A stretch of 64,000 nt of DNA from Gemmatimonadota bacterium (GTDB taxonomy: Bacteria > Gemmatimonadota > Gemmatimonadetes > Gemmatimonadales > GWC2-71-9), in assembly GCA_036679605.1 (NCBI GenBank), contig JAZDCZ010000419.1, forward strand, positions 32,001 to 96,000. The letters run 5' to 3'. Below are positions 29,890 through 39,453 of this stretch, piece after piece (position 1 is the first letter of the stretch; every line of letters starts with the position of its first letter). A model generated the notes under the pieces. That model was not told the DNA's origin. It saw only the letters and a program-made list of their open reading frames with translations, and ran no database searches. Position numbers and translations under genes: made by a program.

Positions 29890-31152
29890 ATGAAGCAATT
29901 ACTGGAAGAACTCTCTTGGCGTGGATTACTGCACGATCAGACACCCGGACTGCAAGAGAGGCTGGCTGAGGGACCGATAGCAGGGTACGTCGGTTTCGAT
30001 CCGACAGCAGAAAGTCTCCAGATCGGCAACCTGGTGCCCGTGATGCTGCTTGCCCACCTACAGAGACACGGCGGTCGACCCATCGTCGTTGTTGGCGGAG
30101 GCACCGGACTGGTCGGTGACCCCAGCGGCAAGAGCAAGGAACGACCACTATTGGACGAAGAGACCATCGATCGGAACGCCGAACGCCAACGTAATCAATT
30201 AGCTCAGTTTCTGGAGTTCGACGATTCGACGACGGGCGCGCAGATGGTCAACAATGCAGATTGGCTAAGCGGCCTCAACTTGCTGGCATTTCTCCGAGAC
30301 ATGGGCAAGCACTTCACGCTGTCCTATATGCTGCAAAAAGAGTCCGTCAAGGGACGGATGGCTGACGGTATCTCCTACACCGAATTCAGCTACATGCTCC
30401 TGCAGGCGTATGACTTCTTGCAGCTCCACCGCACCATGAATTGTGAACTGCAGTTGGGGGGTTCCGACCAATGGGGCAACATGACAGCTGGAATCGAGTT
30501 GATCCGTCGAGTAGACGGCGGCAAAGCACATGGGCTTTGTGCACCTCTTCTCACAACAGCATCCGGCACAAAATTTGGGAAAACGGAGACCGGAAGTGTA
30601 TGGCTGGATCCAACAATGACCCGGCCATACGAGTTCTATCAATTCTGGGTCAACGCGGATGACAGTGACGTGGAAGCCAACCTGAAAGTTTTTACCTTCA
30701 TGACGACTGTGGAGATCTCTGAGCTAATGGCTCAGCACAGCGAGAATCCCAGTAGCCGCATTCCTCACAAGAAGATGGCGTTCGACATAACCGCCCGGGT
30801 CCATGGCAGAGAGATCGCACAGCGTATCGTAGAAGCCTCCGATACAGTTTTCGGTGAGAGAAGCCTTGCCGAGGCAAGTGAGGCAACGCTCAAGATGATC
30901 GCGGCAGAATTACCTCATGGCCCACTACCGGAGGGGTTCGGATCAGAAACAGCTGTGGTCGATCTCGTGAACAGTTCAGGGGTGGCCAATTCCAAGAGTG
31001 ACGCACGTAGGCAGATTGAGCAGGGCGCCATTCATATTAACGACCGCAAGGTGACCACGAGTGACTCTACGGCCGGCCCACCGTTGGACGGCGGATACTA
31101 CTGGGTACGGCGAGGCAGGAAGACGAACTTCATCCTCGTACCTTCAACCTGA
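29890..31152 (+). CDS. tyrS: Tyrosine--tRNA ligase
   Basis: YVGFDPTA.SLQIGN, QLGGSDQWGN, KFGKT, C-terminal S4-like domain. Confidence 0.98.
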   Translation: MKQLLEELSWRGLLHDQTPGLQERLAEGPIAGYVGFDPTAESLQIGNLVPVMLLAHLQRHGGRPIVVVGGGTGLVGDPSGKSKERPLLDEETIDRNAERQRNQLAQFLEFDDSTTGAQMVNNADWLSGLNLLAFLRDMGKHFTLSYMLQKESVKGRMADGISYTEFSYMLLQAYDFLQLHRTMNCELQLGGSDQWGNMTAGIELIRRVDGGKAHGLCAPLLTTASGTKFGKTETGSVWLDPTMTRPYEFYQFWVNADDSDVEANLKVFTFMTTVEISELMAQHSENPSSRIPHKKMAFDITARVHGREIAQRIVEASDTVFGERSLAEASEATLKMIAAELPHGPLPEGFGSETAVVDLVNSSGVANSKSDARRQIEQGAIHINDRKVTTSDSTAGPPLDGGYYWVRRGRKTNFILVPST

Positions 31153-31555
31153 TTTTTTCTGCAATTGCCTCTAGTTCATCCCGCTGAGCTTCCGCTGGAT
31201 ACCCTCTGGGAAATCTCAAGCCGAAAGAGTCGTCTTTGAAGCGAGGTAGTATGTGGAGGTGCAGGTGGAGTACTTCTTGTCCCGCTACCCTGCCGTTTGC
31301 GGTCCAGACATTGAAACCCGCTGCGCCACTGGCATCGGCGATCACCGGTGCAAGATCGGCGCAGACAGCGAAGAGATGTGAGGCTACACTCCGGGGACAA
31401 CTGGATAGATCATCGGCGTGGAGGCGTGGCACCACGAGAGTATGACCCAAATGCACCGGGAAGAGATCAAGAAACGCCACAGCCGTGTCATCCTCATATA
31501 CTACGCTGGCCGGAGCGGCACCCTCAACGATTCTACAGAAGACGCAATCTTCCAT
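31130..31555 (-). CDS. HIT family nucleotide hydrolase
   Basis: DCVFC, GHTLVVP, GQEVLHLHLHILPR. Confidence 0.95.
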   Translation of the reverse strand: MEDCVFCRIVEGAAPASVVYEDDTAVAFLDLFPVHLGHTLVVPRLHADDLSSCPRSVASHLFAVCADLAPVIADASGAAGFNVWTANGRVAGQEVLHLHLHILPRFKDDSFGLRFPRGYPAEAQRDELEAIAEKIRLKVRG

Positions 31556-31664
31556 CGACAGTACAATCTTCCCTCATGGATGGTATTCGCAAGATGTCGA
31601 CTCTTAGCATGTTTGAGATGAATGCCAGCCCGTTGAAGCTAACACCGCGAAAGGATCAGAAGCC

Positions 31665-32732
31665 GTGAAGAATAGGGACTATACCCTAGTGTTGGGCGCT
31701 GGTGGTCTAAAGGGGCTGGCCCACATCGGAGTACTCACGGCCCTGGAGGAACACGATTTTCTTCCCGTCGACGTAGTTGGCTGCAGCATTGGCGCGATCG
31801 TAGCTGCGGCCTGGTGTTCTGGTATCTCCGCGCAAGAACTCTCAGACATGGCCCTCGATCTGAAGCGGCGTGATTTCTTTCGGATCGCCCACACAGATAT
31901 GGCGTTCAAGCGAATGAAAGCCCCTTCCCTATACCGTCGCGAACCCTTGGCGGAGTTTGTCAATGGCCTACTCGGTGACATCACCTTCGATGAGCTGGAG
32001 CGACCACTACTCGTCAACACGGTGGATATCAATGCAGGGGCTCAGGTATTCTGGGGCGCCCCTGGCCTCACAGACATCCCCGTCGCCGAGGCTGTAATTG
32101 CTTCGTGCGCGCTGCCAGGCTACCTGCCACCGGGTGAAATTCGCGGCCGCTTTTTCATCGATGGAGCGACAGTCTCGAATCTGCCTGTGAGGGTAGCTGC
32201 AGCTCGCGGGCGCAACTTGGTCATTGCGGTCGATGTGGGGTCAAACGGTGCAGTTCGAGCCGACCAGCAAGAGGCCGGTTTTGCAACAGTCTACACCCGC
32301 GCCATCGAGATCGCGATCCAGACAATGAGATCCTCTGCCCTTCGCCATTGGGGGCAACCGCCGCTCGTAGTACTTGAACCCCGAGTCGAACACATTCCAA
32401 TGTTTTCCTTTCGACACACCGAGGAATTACTCAGGCTAGGCTACGAGATCGCCTCCCAAGTTCTTGACGACCCCGACTCTATTCCCGGCCCCAATGACAG
32501 CGGAGTATTCCCGCGGAGACGATTCGTGGTGGACGTGGATCGCGAGCGCTGCATAGGCTGTGGCGGGTGCCTCGTCCACGCACCGGCAGGCATGTTTTTT
32601 ATCGATGGGGAGGGCAAGGCGGTAGTAACCCAACGAGAACAAGTTTGGTCACCCATCGACGGTGATTTTCTTCAACATTGTCCTACATACGCTATCGTAG
32701 CACGCCGCTTACCCGAGGACGGGGGCAGTTGA
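31665..32732 (+). CDS. Patatin-like phospholipase with C-terminal ferredoxin-type Fe-S domain
   Basis: GAGGLKGLAHIG, GCSIG, DGA; tail VDRERCIGCGGC...CPTYAI. Confidence 0.88.
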   Translation: MKNRDYTLVLGAGGLKGLAHIGVLTALEEHDFLPVDVVGCSIGAIVAAAWCSGISAQELSDMALDLKRRDFFRIAHTDMAFKRMKAPSLYRREPLAEFVNGLLGDITFDELERPLLVNTVDINAGAQVFWGAPGLTDIPVAEAVIASCALPGYLPPGEIRGRFFIDGATVSNLPVRVAAARGRNLVIAVDVGSNGAVRADQQEAGFATVYTRAIEIAIQTMRSSALRHWGQPPLVVLEPRVEHIPMFSFRHTEELLRLGYEIASQVLDDPDSIPGPNDSGVFPRRRFVVDVDRERCIGCGGCLVHAPAGMFFIDGEGKAVVTQREQVWSPIDGDFLQHCPTYAIVARRLPEDGGS

Positions 32733-32746
32733 TTTGAAAGCCGAAG

Positions 32747-34564
32747 TCACCGCCCACCTCCCACTAGCTCGAGAGAATGGAGCCTTTGATACAGCCCACC
32801 CGCCGCCGCCAGTTCATCGTGACGACCCCGCTCAACCAGTCGGCCGCCATCTAGGACGACTATCTGGTCAGCCCGAACAACGGTTGATAGCCGATGAGCG
32901 ATCACTAGTACGGTTCTGTTTTCTAGCAGGCGTGCGATGGCTCCTTGAACGAGGCGTTCCGCTACAGTGTCCAGCGCCGATGTAGCTTCATCCAGTATCA
33001 AGATGGGTGGATCTCGCAGCAATGCACGCGCAATCGATATCCTCTGCCTTTCCCCACCTGACAACCGCATGCCTCTCTCACCGAGGATCGTATCGTAGCC
33101 CTGTGGCAGTCGCTCGATGAACTGATGCGCATTCGCTGCTGCTGCTGCTGCCCGCACGGCCTCATCCGAGGCATCCTCCTGATCTCCGTAGGCTATGTTG
33201 GCTCTTACCGAGTCGTTGAAGATGACGGTGTGTTGGCTCACAATCCCCATCGCACGCCGCAGGGACCGTCGACTGTACTTCGAAACTGAAACGCCGTCGA
33301 TGAGCACGTCGCCGCGCGCTGCATCCATGAAGCGCGGCAAGAGATCTACCAATGTAGATTTCCCCGCACCCGATGGGCCTACTATCGCCACCACTTGTCC
33401 AGCCCGAACCCGCATGTTCACGTCCTGCAGTACCCACGCGCCCGGATCGTAGGCTGCCCAGACATTGACAAGAGTTATCTCGTGCTGCAGGCCCGGGAAC
33501 GCCGTCGCCCCCGGCTGATCCACATCGCCGGCTTCTTGGTCCATGATCTCGAAAACTCGGTCGGCCGCAACAAGCGACATCTCCGCGTTCGCTGGAAACT
33601 GAGAGAGCGCCTTGACCGGCGGTAGCAGCCTCAACGTGATCCCCATAAAGACAATAAAAAGTTCCGGACGCATCCCTGTCCCCGCGACCGTGCCACCCAA
33701 CACTCCGGCCATGAGAAGCAGCAGAACCACCCCAGCTCCCATGGTCTCGCTGACGGGGTGAGCAAGCACCGCAAAGCGTCGAGCCGTCACAAGCCCTCTG
33801 AAATACCTCGTTGCAACACCCTCAAACCTGCGTCGCTCATATGCTTCGGCCCCGTGCGCCTTCATCAATCGTGCACCTTCTATCGTCTCGCTCACCACTG
33901 CGGTTAGTTCTCCTCGATCCTCGAGCGCTTGCTTCATCCGCTCACGAATCCTATGCAGGATCGGCCGCATGGTGAGAGCTATGGCCGGTGCAATCAACAA
34001 CGTAAGTAGAGCTAGGCGCCAGGACAGGAGTATTAGTATTGCGAGGTATACCGAGACCAAGATCGCATTTTGGACTGCTGACACTAGGGTCGCACCTACT
34101 AGCTGTCGGACCTGATCGATGTCGGCGACTATGCGGCTCACGAGCTGCCCGCCCTTGACCTTCTGAAAAAATCCCAGTTCGAATTTTTGTACGTGTGAGT
34201 AGAACGCCATTCGCAGATCTTTTGCAATGCCTTCTTGGACGTACGCCCCGAGCGATCCGCCTGCGTAGGCTGCCAGGTTTTTCACGGCTACCGTCCCCAG
34301 AATAATCAACACGACGTTTCGTAAGGCGGTGCTTGGGTCGCCTTGGAGTGCAAAACCCACAAGGTCGTTGAGAACCCGTTCGACAACCGTTGGAGTTTCC
34401 GTCACGAGGGAATCTGTGTTTCCAAAAAGCAGGCTGAGAAATGGGATGAGGAGCGTGAACATGAATCCATCGAGAGTCGACGCTATCACCGCCGCGATAA
34501 AGCTTGCGATCAACGTGCCGGTGTATGGTCGTGCGAACTCAAACAGTCGGTACAGACGATGCAA
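32747..34564 (-). CDS. ABC exporter (MsbA-like; TM domain plus NBD)
   Basis: GPSGAGKST, LSGGERQR, ILDEATSALD, IAHRLST. Confidence 0.95.
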   Translation of the reverse strand: MHRLYRLFEFARPYTGTLIASFIAAVIASTLDGFMFTLLIPFLSLLFGNTDSLVTETPTVVERVLNDLVGFALQGDPSTALRNVVLIILGTVAVKNLAAYAGGSLGAYVQEGIAKDLRMAFYSHVQKFELGFFQKVKGGQLVSRIVADIDQVRQLVGATLVSAVQNAILVSVYLAILILLSWRLALLTLLIAPAIALTMRPILHRIRERMKQALEDRGELTAVVSETIEGARLMKAHGAEAYERRRFEGVATRYFRGLVTARRFAVLAHPVSETMGAGVVLLLLMAGVLGGTVAGTGMRPELFIVFMGITLRLLPPVKALSQFPANAEMSLVAADRVFEIMDQEAGDVDQPGATAFPGLQHEITLVNVWAAYDPGAWVLQDVNMRVRAGQVVAIVGPSGAGKSTLVDLLPRFMDAARGDVLIDGVSVSKYSRRSLRRAMGIVSQHTVIFNDSVRANIAYGDQEDASDEAVRAAAAAANAHQFIERLPQGYDTILGERGMRLSGGERQRISIARALLRDPPILILDEATSALDTVAERLVQGAIARLLENRTVLVIAHRLSTVVRADQIVVLDGGRLVERGRHDELAAAGGLYQRLHSLELVGGGR

Positions 34565-36133
34565 CTAGGAGGATCTCCGGGGAGTCAGTAATGAGATCGG
34601 CAAGATCATCTCCTCGGGAGTCGCTCCTCCATGCATGAACGAGCCTCTATAGCGCGCTTGGTACTCTCGAAGTTTCGTAGGATACACAAAGAAGTGATCA
34701 CTCGTGGCCATGAGCGCCCTTACGGCAATGCCCCGGTCAGGGAGTCCCCAACTGGGCAAATCTGTAACCAAGATACCTGCCGATGGGTCATCTGCCCTTA
34801 GATCCGCCCCGAACTTGTAACGCAGGTTCGCCGTCGTGTCTCGCTTGGCAAAAACCGTTGCCGGCGAGTTGCAATGGATCGAACCGTGGTCCGTTGTAAT
34901 CAACACAGGTACGCCTCTACGTTCTGCCTCCTTGAGCGCACGCTGCAACGCGGAATCTCTGAACCAAGTCTGGGTTAGGTTCCGGAGGGCGCTTGTATCC
35001 CTCGCCACTTCGTACAGTATCGCATTCTCTGAACGTCCATGCGTTAACTGGTCTACGAAGTTAAACACAAGCGCCGTTACTCCCTTTTGCGACAAGTATG
35101 CGGGGAGCCGCTTTAGCAACGTTTCACCCTCCGATGCCGTCGTCAGTTTCTCGTAACGAACTGGAACTGGATCGCCGAGTAGCTCTTTCAGTTGCTCTTT
35201 CAACAATTCCGCCTCGTGGGCATTCAGACTTTCGTCATCGCGTGCCCCCCACCACTCGGGGTGACGGGCAGCTATCTCTACAGGGAATAGGCCACTGAAG
35301 ATGGCGTTTCGAGCATACGGCGTGGCGGTCGGGAGAATCCCAAAATAATGAGACTCCTCTATATCGAACAGCTCCGTCACGTAAGGGATCAGTGACTGCC
35401 ATTGATCGAGGCGAAGACAGTCGACCACCACAAATAAGACCTTGCCGTATTCTTCCAGCAAAGGAGTGAGAAACTCGCTACATACATCCACGGATAACGG
35501 TGGGCGATCCCCCTCCGAGTTCGCTAACCAACGGGGGTAGTGAGTCTTGATGAACTCGGCAAAATCCCGGTGTAGGCTCGACTGAAACGCACTAAGAGCG
35601 TCCTTTAGACCGGTCTCTTCCGTCAATGACAGACGCACCTCCCACTCGGCGACCTGGACAACCAATTCGATCCATTCCCGCCAACCGAGTTTTGAACTCC
35701 TGCGCGACTCCATATCACGAAAATGTGCTACGAAATCCTTAGCAAGGCGTTGTTGCCGTATTCGGTCACCTTCCAACAACCGAGTGACTACGCTCAACAC
35801 CTGCCGCGGATTGACGGGCTTCACCAAGTAGTCCTGCAGCTCTATCCCAATCGCCTCCCGCATCGTCCCAGCTTCTTCACTCTTGGTCACCATCACAACC
35901 GGGACCGCCGGGTCGATTGATCTGATTTCACCAACCAGTTCGAGGCCCCTGCGACCGGGAAGTTGTTCGTCGAGCAGCACGACCCCATACGCCTGCCGCT
36001 GCAACAGGGCAATTGCGTCATCCCCATGCGCCGCCTGCTCGACCTCAAATCCATGCTCATTCAGGAAAAGAATGTGCGCACCGAGCGACTCGAACTCGTC
36101 ATCTACCCACAGAATCGTCTTAGCCCTCGCCAT
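34565..36133 (-). CDS. PorX-like response regulator with PglZ/alkaline-phosphatase-superfamily domain
   Basis: REC: WVDD, LLDEQLPG, TKSE, KP; PglZ: DCLRLDQW, LPTATPYARNAIFSG, DQLTH, TDHG, HGG. Confidence 0.88.
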   Translation of the reverse strand: MARAKTILWVDDEFESLGAHILFLNEHGFEVEQAAHGDDAIALLQRQAYGVVLLDEQLPGRRGLELVGEIRSIDPAVPVVMVTKSEEAGTMREAIGIELQDYLVKPVNPRQVLSVVTRLLEGDRIRQQRLAKDFVAHFRDMESRRSSKLGWREWIELVVQVAEWEVRLSLTEETGLKDALSAFQSSLHRDFAEFIKTHYPRWLANSEGDRPPLSVDVCSEFLTPLLEEYGKVLFVVVDCLRLDQWQSLIPYVTELFDIEESHYFGILPTATPYARNAIFSGLFPVEIAARHPEWWGARDDESLNAHEAELLKEQLKELLGDPVPVRYEKLTTASEGETLLKRLPAYLSQKGVTALVFNFVDQLTHGRSENAILYEVARDTSALRNLTQTWFRDSALQRALKEAERRGVPVLITTDHGSIHCNSPATVFAKRDTTANLRYKFGADLRADDPSAGILVTDLPSWGLPDRGIAVRALMATSDHFFVYPTKLREYQARYRGSFMHGGATPEEMILPISLLTPRRSS

Positions 36134-36270
36134 AGACTCAAACTTACCGCTGCGGCCCTAGCCTCTCAATGCTACCCTGGCGACTCCAAGGATATCATTC
36201 TAAATTTATAGGGAGCACCAGCCGATCAAACAGGCAACCACGTGACGCAGTGATTCGAGGTCGCAGCACC

Positions 36271-36666
36271 GTGAACGACGCCTTGGCAGCCACTGAGAAC
36301 CGCATTATCGAGCGTTTCCGAGATTCTGTGCGCGGCCCGAAAAGAAACGGCCTGTTTGCGCTCTGGTTGCTCATGCGTACGTGTGACGGCGTACTCCCAC
36401 CTTCTCCTCTTACGCAACGTAGTCACCGGCGACGACTAGAGTCTTTGAAGAGCAGACTCAGCAGCCTATCGTTACAGCCGCCCCTTCGCAAAGCATTGAC
36501 CCACGGCATTGACCAGTTGAGGGACGGAACTGCCGATGCCGCGGCGAGAACGATTGGAAGTCTGGTCGAACCCGTACGCGAAACTCTCGGGGCCGACGCC
36601 GGCCAATCCATCGCCATGGCCTTGTTGGCGGCAGAGTCGTGGTGCCAAAGCACCGATCAGTCATGA
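36271..36666 (+). CDS. Hypothetical helical protein
   Basis: GTG at 36271 within ORF 36169..36666; ATGA overlap with the next gene. Confidence 0.65.
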   Translation: MNDALAATENRIIERFRDSVRGPKRNGLFALWLLMRTCDGVLPPSPLTQRSHRRRLESLKSRLSSLSLQPPLRKALTHGIDQLRDGTADAAARTIGSLVEPVRETLGADAGQSIAMALLAAESWCQSTDQS

Positions 36667-37526
36667 GCGCCCCCCACCGCTTGCGCCGAGATTCGCTGAC
36701 GACTCTCGTCCATCAGATGGATCAACTAGACGACGGGGATACGCCTCACGACACCGTCGCGACAGGATTCGCTTCCTTGGATAAAGCACTGGGAGGAGGA
36801 TTCAGACAGAAGGATTTGGTCGTCCTAGGTGGCGACGTTGGCGCGGGCAAATCGGCGCTGGCGATCGCGGTAGCTCTACGCGTTTCAGCCTCTGGCAAGC
36901 CCGTCGTGTTCCTCTCTGGAGAGATGGACGAGGATAGAATCTTCGAACGGGCTCTCGCGATCGAGGGTCGCGCAACGGTCGACGACATCCGGGCCGCTCA
37001 GCTGGCTCCGGCGACACGGTCGAGCGTGGGCGCCGCCGCGCTGCGGCTCCGTGACTTGCCGCTCAAAATCTACCCCCTAATAGGCACTTCGTTTGACGAC
37101 GTGATCAAAACCGCCTGCGAGACCGAGCCGGCGCTCCTGGTCATCGACTACTTGCAGCTCCTCAGCACTCCCGAACCGCGATCCACGCAGAGTGAGGATT
37201 CCGCGGCATGCATAAAAGCTCTCAAGGCGCTCGCGCTGGCCAGAAAGATTGCCTGCCTCACTGTTGCCCAACTACCTAGACACTCCACAGATCGAGCGGA
37301 TCGCCGACCCACGCTGGACGATTTCGGCGCCCTGGGCTCTATCAAGCAGCATGCGGATGTAGTGCTGGGCATCTATCGGGAAGAGATGTATCAGGCGGGA
37401 GCAGGCGTAGAGGGCGCCACTGAGCTGATTATCGCCAAGAATCGCAACGGACCAACCGGCTTCGTTGATCTGTATTTCTATCAGAAGTACATGCGTTTCG
37501 AAGACATGCTAGACCCGAGCAACTGA
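36663..37526 (+). CDS. DnaB-like helicase C-terminal domain protein lacking the N-terminal domain
   Basis: TGF.SLD..LGGG, GGDVGAGKS, SGEM, IDYLQL, AQL, ADVVL.IYR, IIAKNRNGPTG. Confidence 0.88.
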   Translation: MSAPHRLRRDSLTTLVHQMDQLDDGDTPHDTVATGFASLDKALGGGFRQKDLVVLGGDVGAGKSALAIAVALRVSASGKPVVFLSGEMDEDRIFERALAIEGRATVDDIRAAQLAPATRSSVGAAALRLRDLPLKIYPLIGTSFDDVIKTACETEPALLVIDYLQLLSTPEPRSTQSEDSAACIKALKALALARKIACLTVAQLPRHSTDRADRRPTLDDFGALGSIKQHADVVLGIYREEMYQAGAGVEGATELIIAKNRNGPTGFVDLYFYQKYMRFEDMLDPSN

Positions 37527-37628
37527 TACTCTCCGCGTTGTCCCTCTCGGCTGAGCCTCGGTATATTGCAGCGTTGTCTAGGAGTTGCAAATCCCACGAA
37601 ATGTCGACACCGCTCCTGCGGAGGCTTG

Positions 37629-38378
37629 ATGGCCGGCCACAGTAAATGGAAGCAAATCAAACACAAGAAGGCCGCTCTGGACGCCAAGCGGGGAGCAAAG
37701 TTCACCAAACTCATCAAGGAAATCACGGTGGCGGCCCGCCAGGGCGGAGGCGATCCCGATGGCAATGCCCGGTTGCGAACCGCCATAGAACTCGCAAAGG
37801 CAGGCAACATGCCCGCAGGAAATATCGAGCGGGCAATAAAGAAGGGGACCGGTGAACTCGATGGCGTCGTCTACGAAGAAGCCACCTACGAAGGATACGG
37901 GCCGGGCGGCGCAGCTATTTTGATCCAAGTAACAACTGACAATCTGAACCGTACCGTGGCCGAGATACGCCATGTGTTTTCTCGCGGAGGCGGGAACCTG
38001 GGCGCCCCAAATTCAGTGGCCTGGATGTTCGACAAGAGAGGACAAATCCTGCTGGACTCCAGTCAATATCCTGAGGATGATTTACTCGAGGCCGCACTGG
38101 ACGCCGGCGCCGAAGACTTGAACACTGACGGCGCCTACCAGGTGATCACCACGGATCCCAGCCGACTTCACGCCGTCAACCAGTCTCTGCGTGAACGCGG
38201 GTTTCTGGCAAGCGAGGCCGAAATTGCCCTCATCCCACAGAACTCCGTGACAGTAGAAGGGAAAGAGGCCATTCAGCTCCTGAAACTCATGGACGCACTC
38301 GAGGAGCACGACGACGTCTCGAGGGTCTTCAGCAACTTCGACATCGATCAAGAAACGCTAGCCACGGTTAGCCAATGA
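37629..38378 (+). CDS. yebC: YebC/PmpR family protein
   Basis: MAGHSKW, YEGYGPGG, TDN.NRT. Confidence 0.97.
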   Translation: MAGHSKWKQIKHKKAALDAKRGAKFTKLIKEITVAARQGGGDPDGNARLRTAIELAKAGNMPAGNIERAIKKGTGELDGVVYEEATYEGYGPGGAAILIQVTTDNLNRTVAEIRHVFSRGGGNLGAPNSVAWMFDKRGQILLDSSQYPEDDLLEAALDAGAEDLNTDGAYQVITTDPSRLHAVNQSLRERGFLASEAEIALIPQNSVTVEGKEAIQLLKLMDALEEHDDVSRVFSNFDIDQETLATVSQ

Positions 38379-38863
38379 TTCCTCGGGTGCTAGGCATTGA
38401 CCCTGGCACTGCCGTTACGGGCTACGCCGTCGTAGAGCCGACCGACCGAAGACCAGGACGACTGATCGAATGCGGAGTCATCAGGACCAACAGCCGGGAG
38501 CCGATCTGGCAGCGATTGGAAGCTCTCTACGATGGGGTTACCCTACTTATTGAGCGTCATCGACCATCGACAGTCGCCATAGAAGCAGTCTTCTACGCCA
38601 AGAACGTGAGAACGACGATCTCGTTGAGCCACGCCCGCGGAGTCATGATTCTCGCGGCCGTGAAGGGTGGAGTCGAGATCGCCGAGTTTCCACCCGCCCA
38701 AGTCAAAAAGACGGTCGTCGGAGTCGGTGGCGCAACCAAGGAACAGGTCGGATTCATGGTACAACGCCTTCTGGGCCTGACGAGCGCCCCTTCTCCCAAT
38801 GACGCTGCCGACGCATGCGCCGTAGCTCTGACATATCTACTGAAGTCTCGAGTGCCCGCATGA
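38375..38863 (+). CDS. ruvC: Holliday junction resolvase RuvC
   Basis: LGIDPG...GY, AIE, ARG, DAADA.AVA. Confidence 0.97.
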   Translation: MIPRVLGIDPGTAVTGYAVVEPTDRRPGRLIECGVIRTNSREPIWQRLEALYDGVTLLIERHRPSTVAIEAVFYAKNVRTTISLSHARGVMILAAVKGGVEIAEFPPAQVKKTVVGVGGATKEQVGFMVQRLLGLTSAPSPNDAADACAVALTYLLKSRVPA

Positions 38864-39453
38864 TTTCCGCGATCTCCGGCAAACTGATCTCAAAAACTGG
38901 AGACAGGGTAGTGATAGCGACGGCGGGTGGCGTCAGTTACGAAGTGGCCATCCCCCTGGGGGTGCTGGAGCGACTGCCCGACGAGGGTCTTACGATAGAA
39001 CTCAAGACGGTACCCATAGTGAGGGAAGACGGCTGGGCACTATATGGGTTCGACGGCAATGACGAACGTACCGTCTTCCAAAGGCTATTGGGAGTCAATG
39101 GTGTTGGCCCACGTGTGGCCCTGGCGATAGTATCCACCTTAGGCGGCACTCGCGTGGTGCGCGTCCTCCAGGAGGGAGACATCGCTGCTCTTTGCACTGT
39201 CCCAGGCGTCGGCAAGAAGACAGCCGAGCGAATATCTCTGGAACTAAAAGACAAGCTGAAAGACATAGGAACGCAGTCGGAAACCAAGACAGCTAATCTT
39301 CCCGCGGAACAGGCGGTTCGAGCTCTCGTAAACCTTGGATACACCAGCGGCGAGGCGGAAAGGGCAGTGCGATCTGTTTTGTCGCAGAACGGTGCAGACC
39401 AAGTGACCGACCTCATCCGTGGAGCCCTATCACTGATGACCAGAAACAAATGA
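38860..39453 (+). CDS. ruvA: Holliday junction DNA-binding subunit RuvA
   Basis: VRED..LYGF, VNGVGPRVA, VPGVGKKTAERI.LEL, AL.NLGY. Confidence 0.97.
   Translation: MISAISGKLISKTGDRVVIATAGGVSYEVAIPLGVLERLPDEGLTIELKTVPIVREDGWALYGFDGNDERTVFQRLLGVNGVGPRVALAIVSTLGGTRVVRVLQEGDIAALCTVPGVGKKTAERISLELKDKLKDIGTQSETKTANLPAEQAVRALVNLGYTSGEAERAVRSVLSQNGADQVTDLIRGALSLMTRNK

Noticed and set aside
31130..32732. CBASS with patatin as a CapV-like effector
   Set aside because: There is no CD-NTase or other cap gene in the window.
34565..36133. BREX defence system suggested by PglZ
   Set aside because: The domain is fused to a receiver (PorX architecture), and no brxC, pglX or brxL genes are nearby.
36663..37526. 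Prophage replication module suggested by the DnaB-like gene
   Set aside because: No integrase, structural or other phage genes are present, and the flanks are housekeeping genes.
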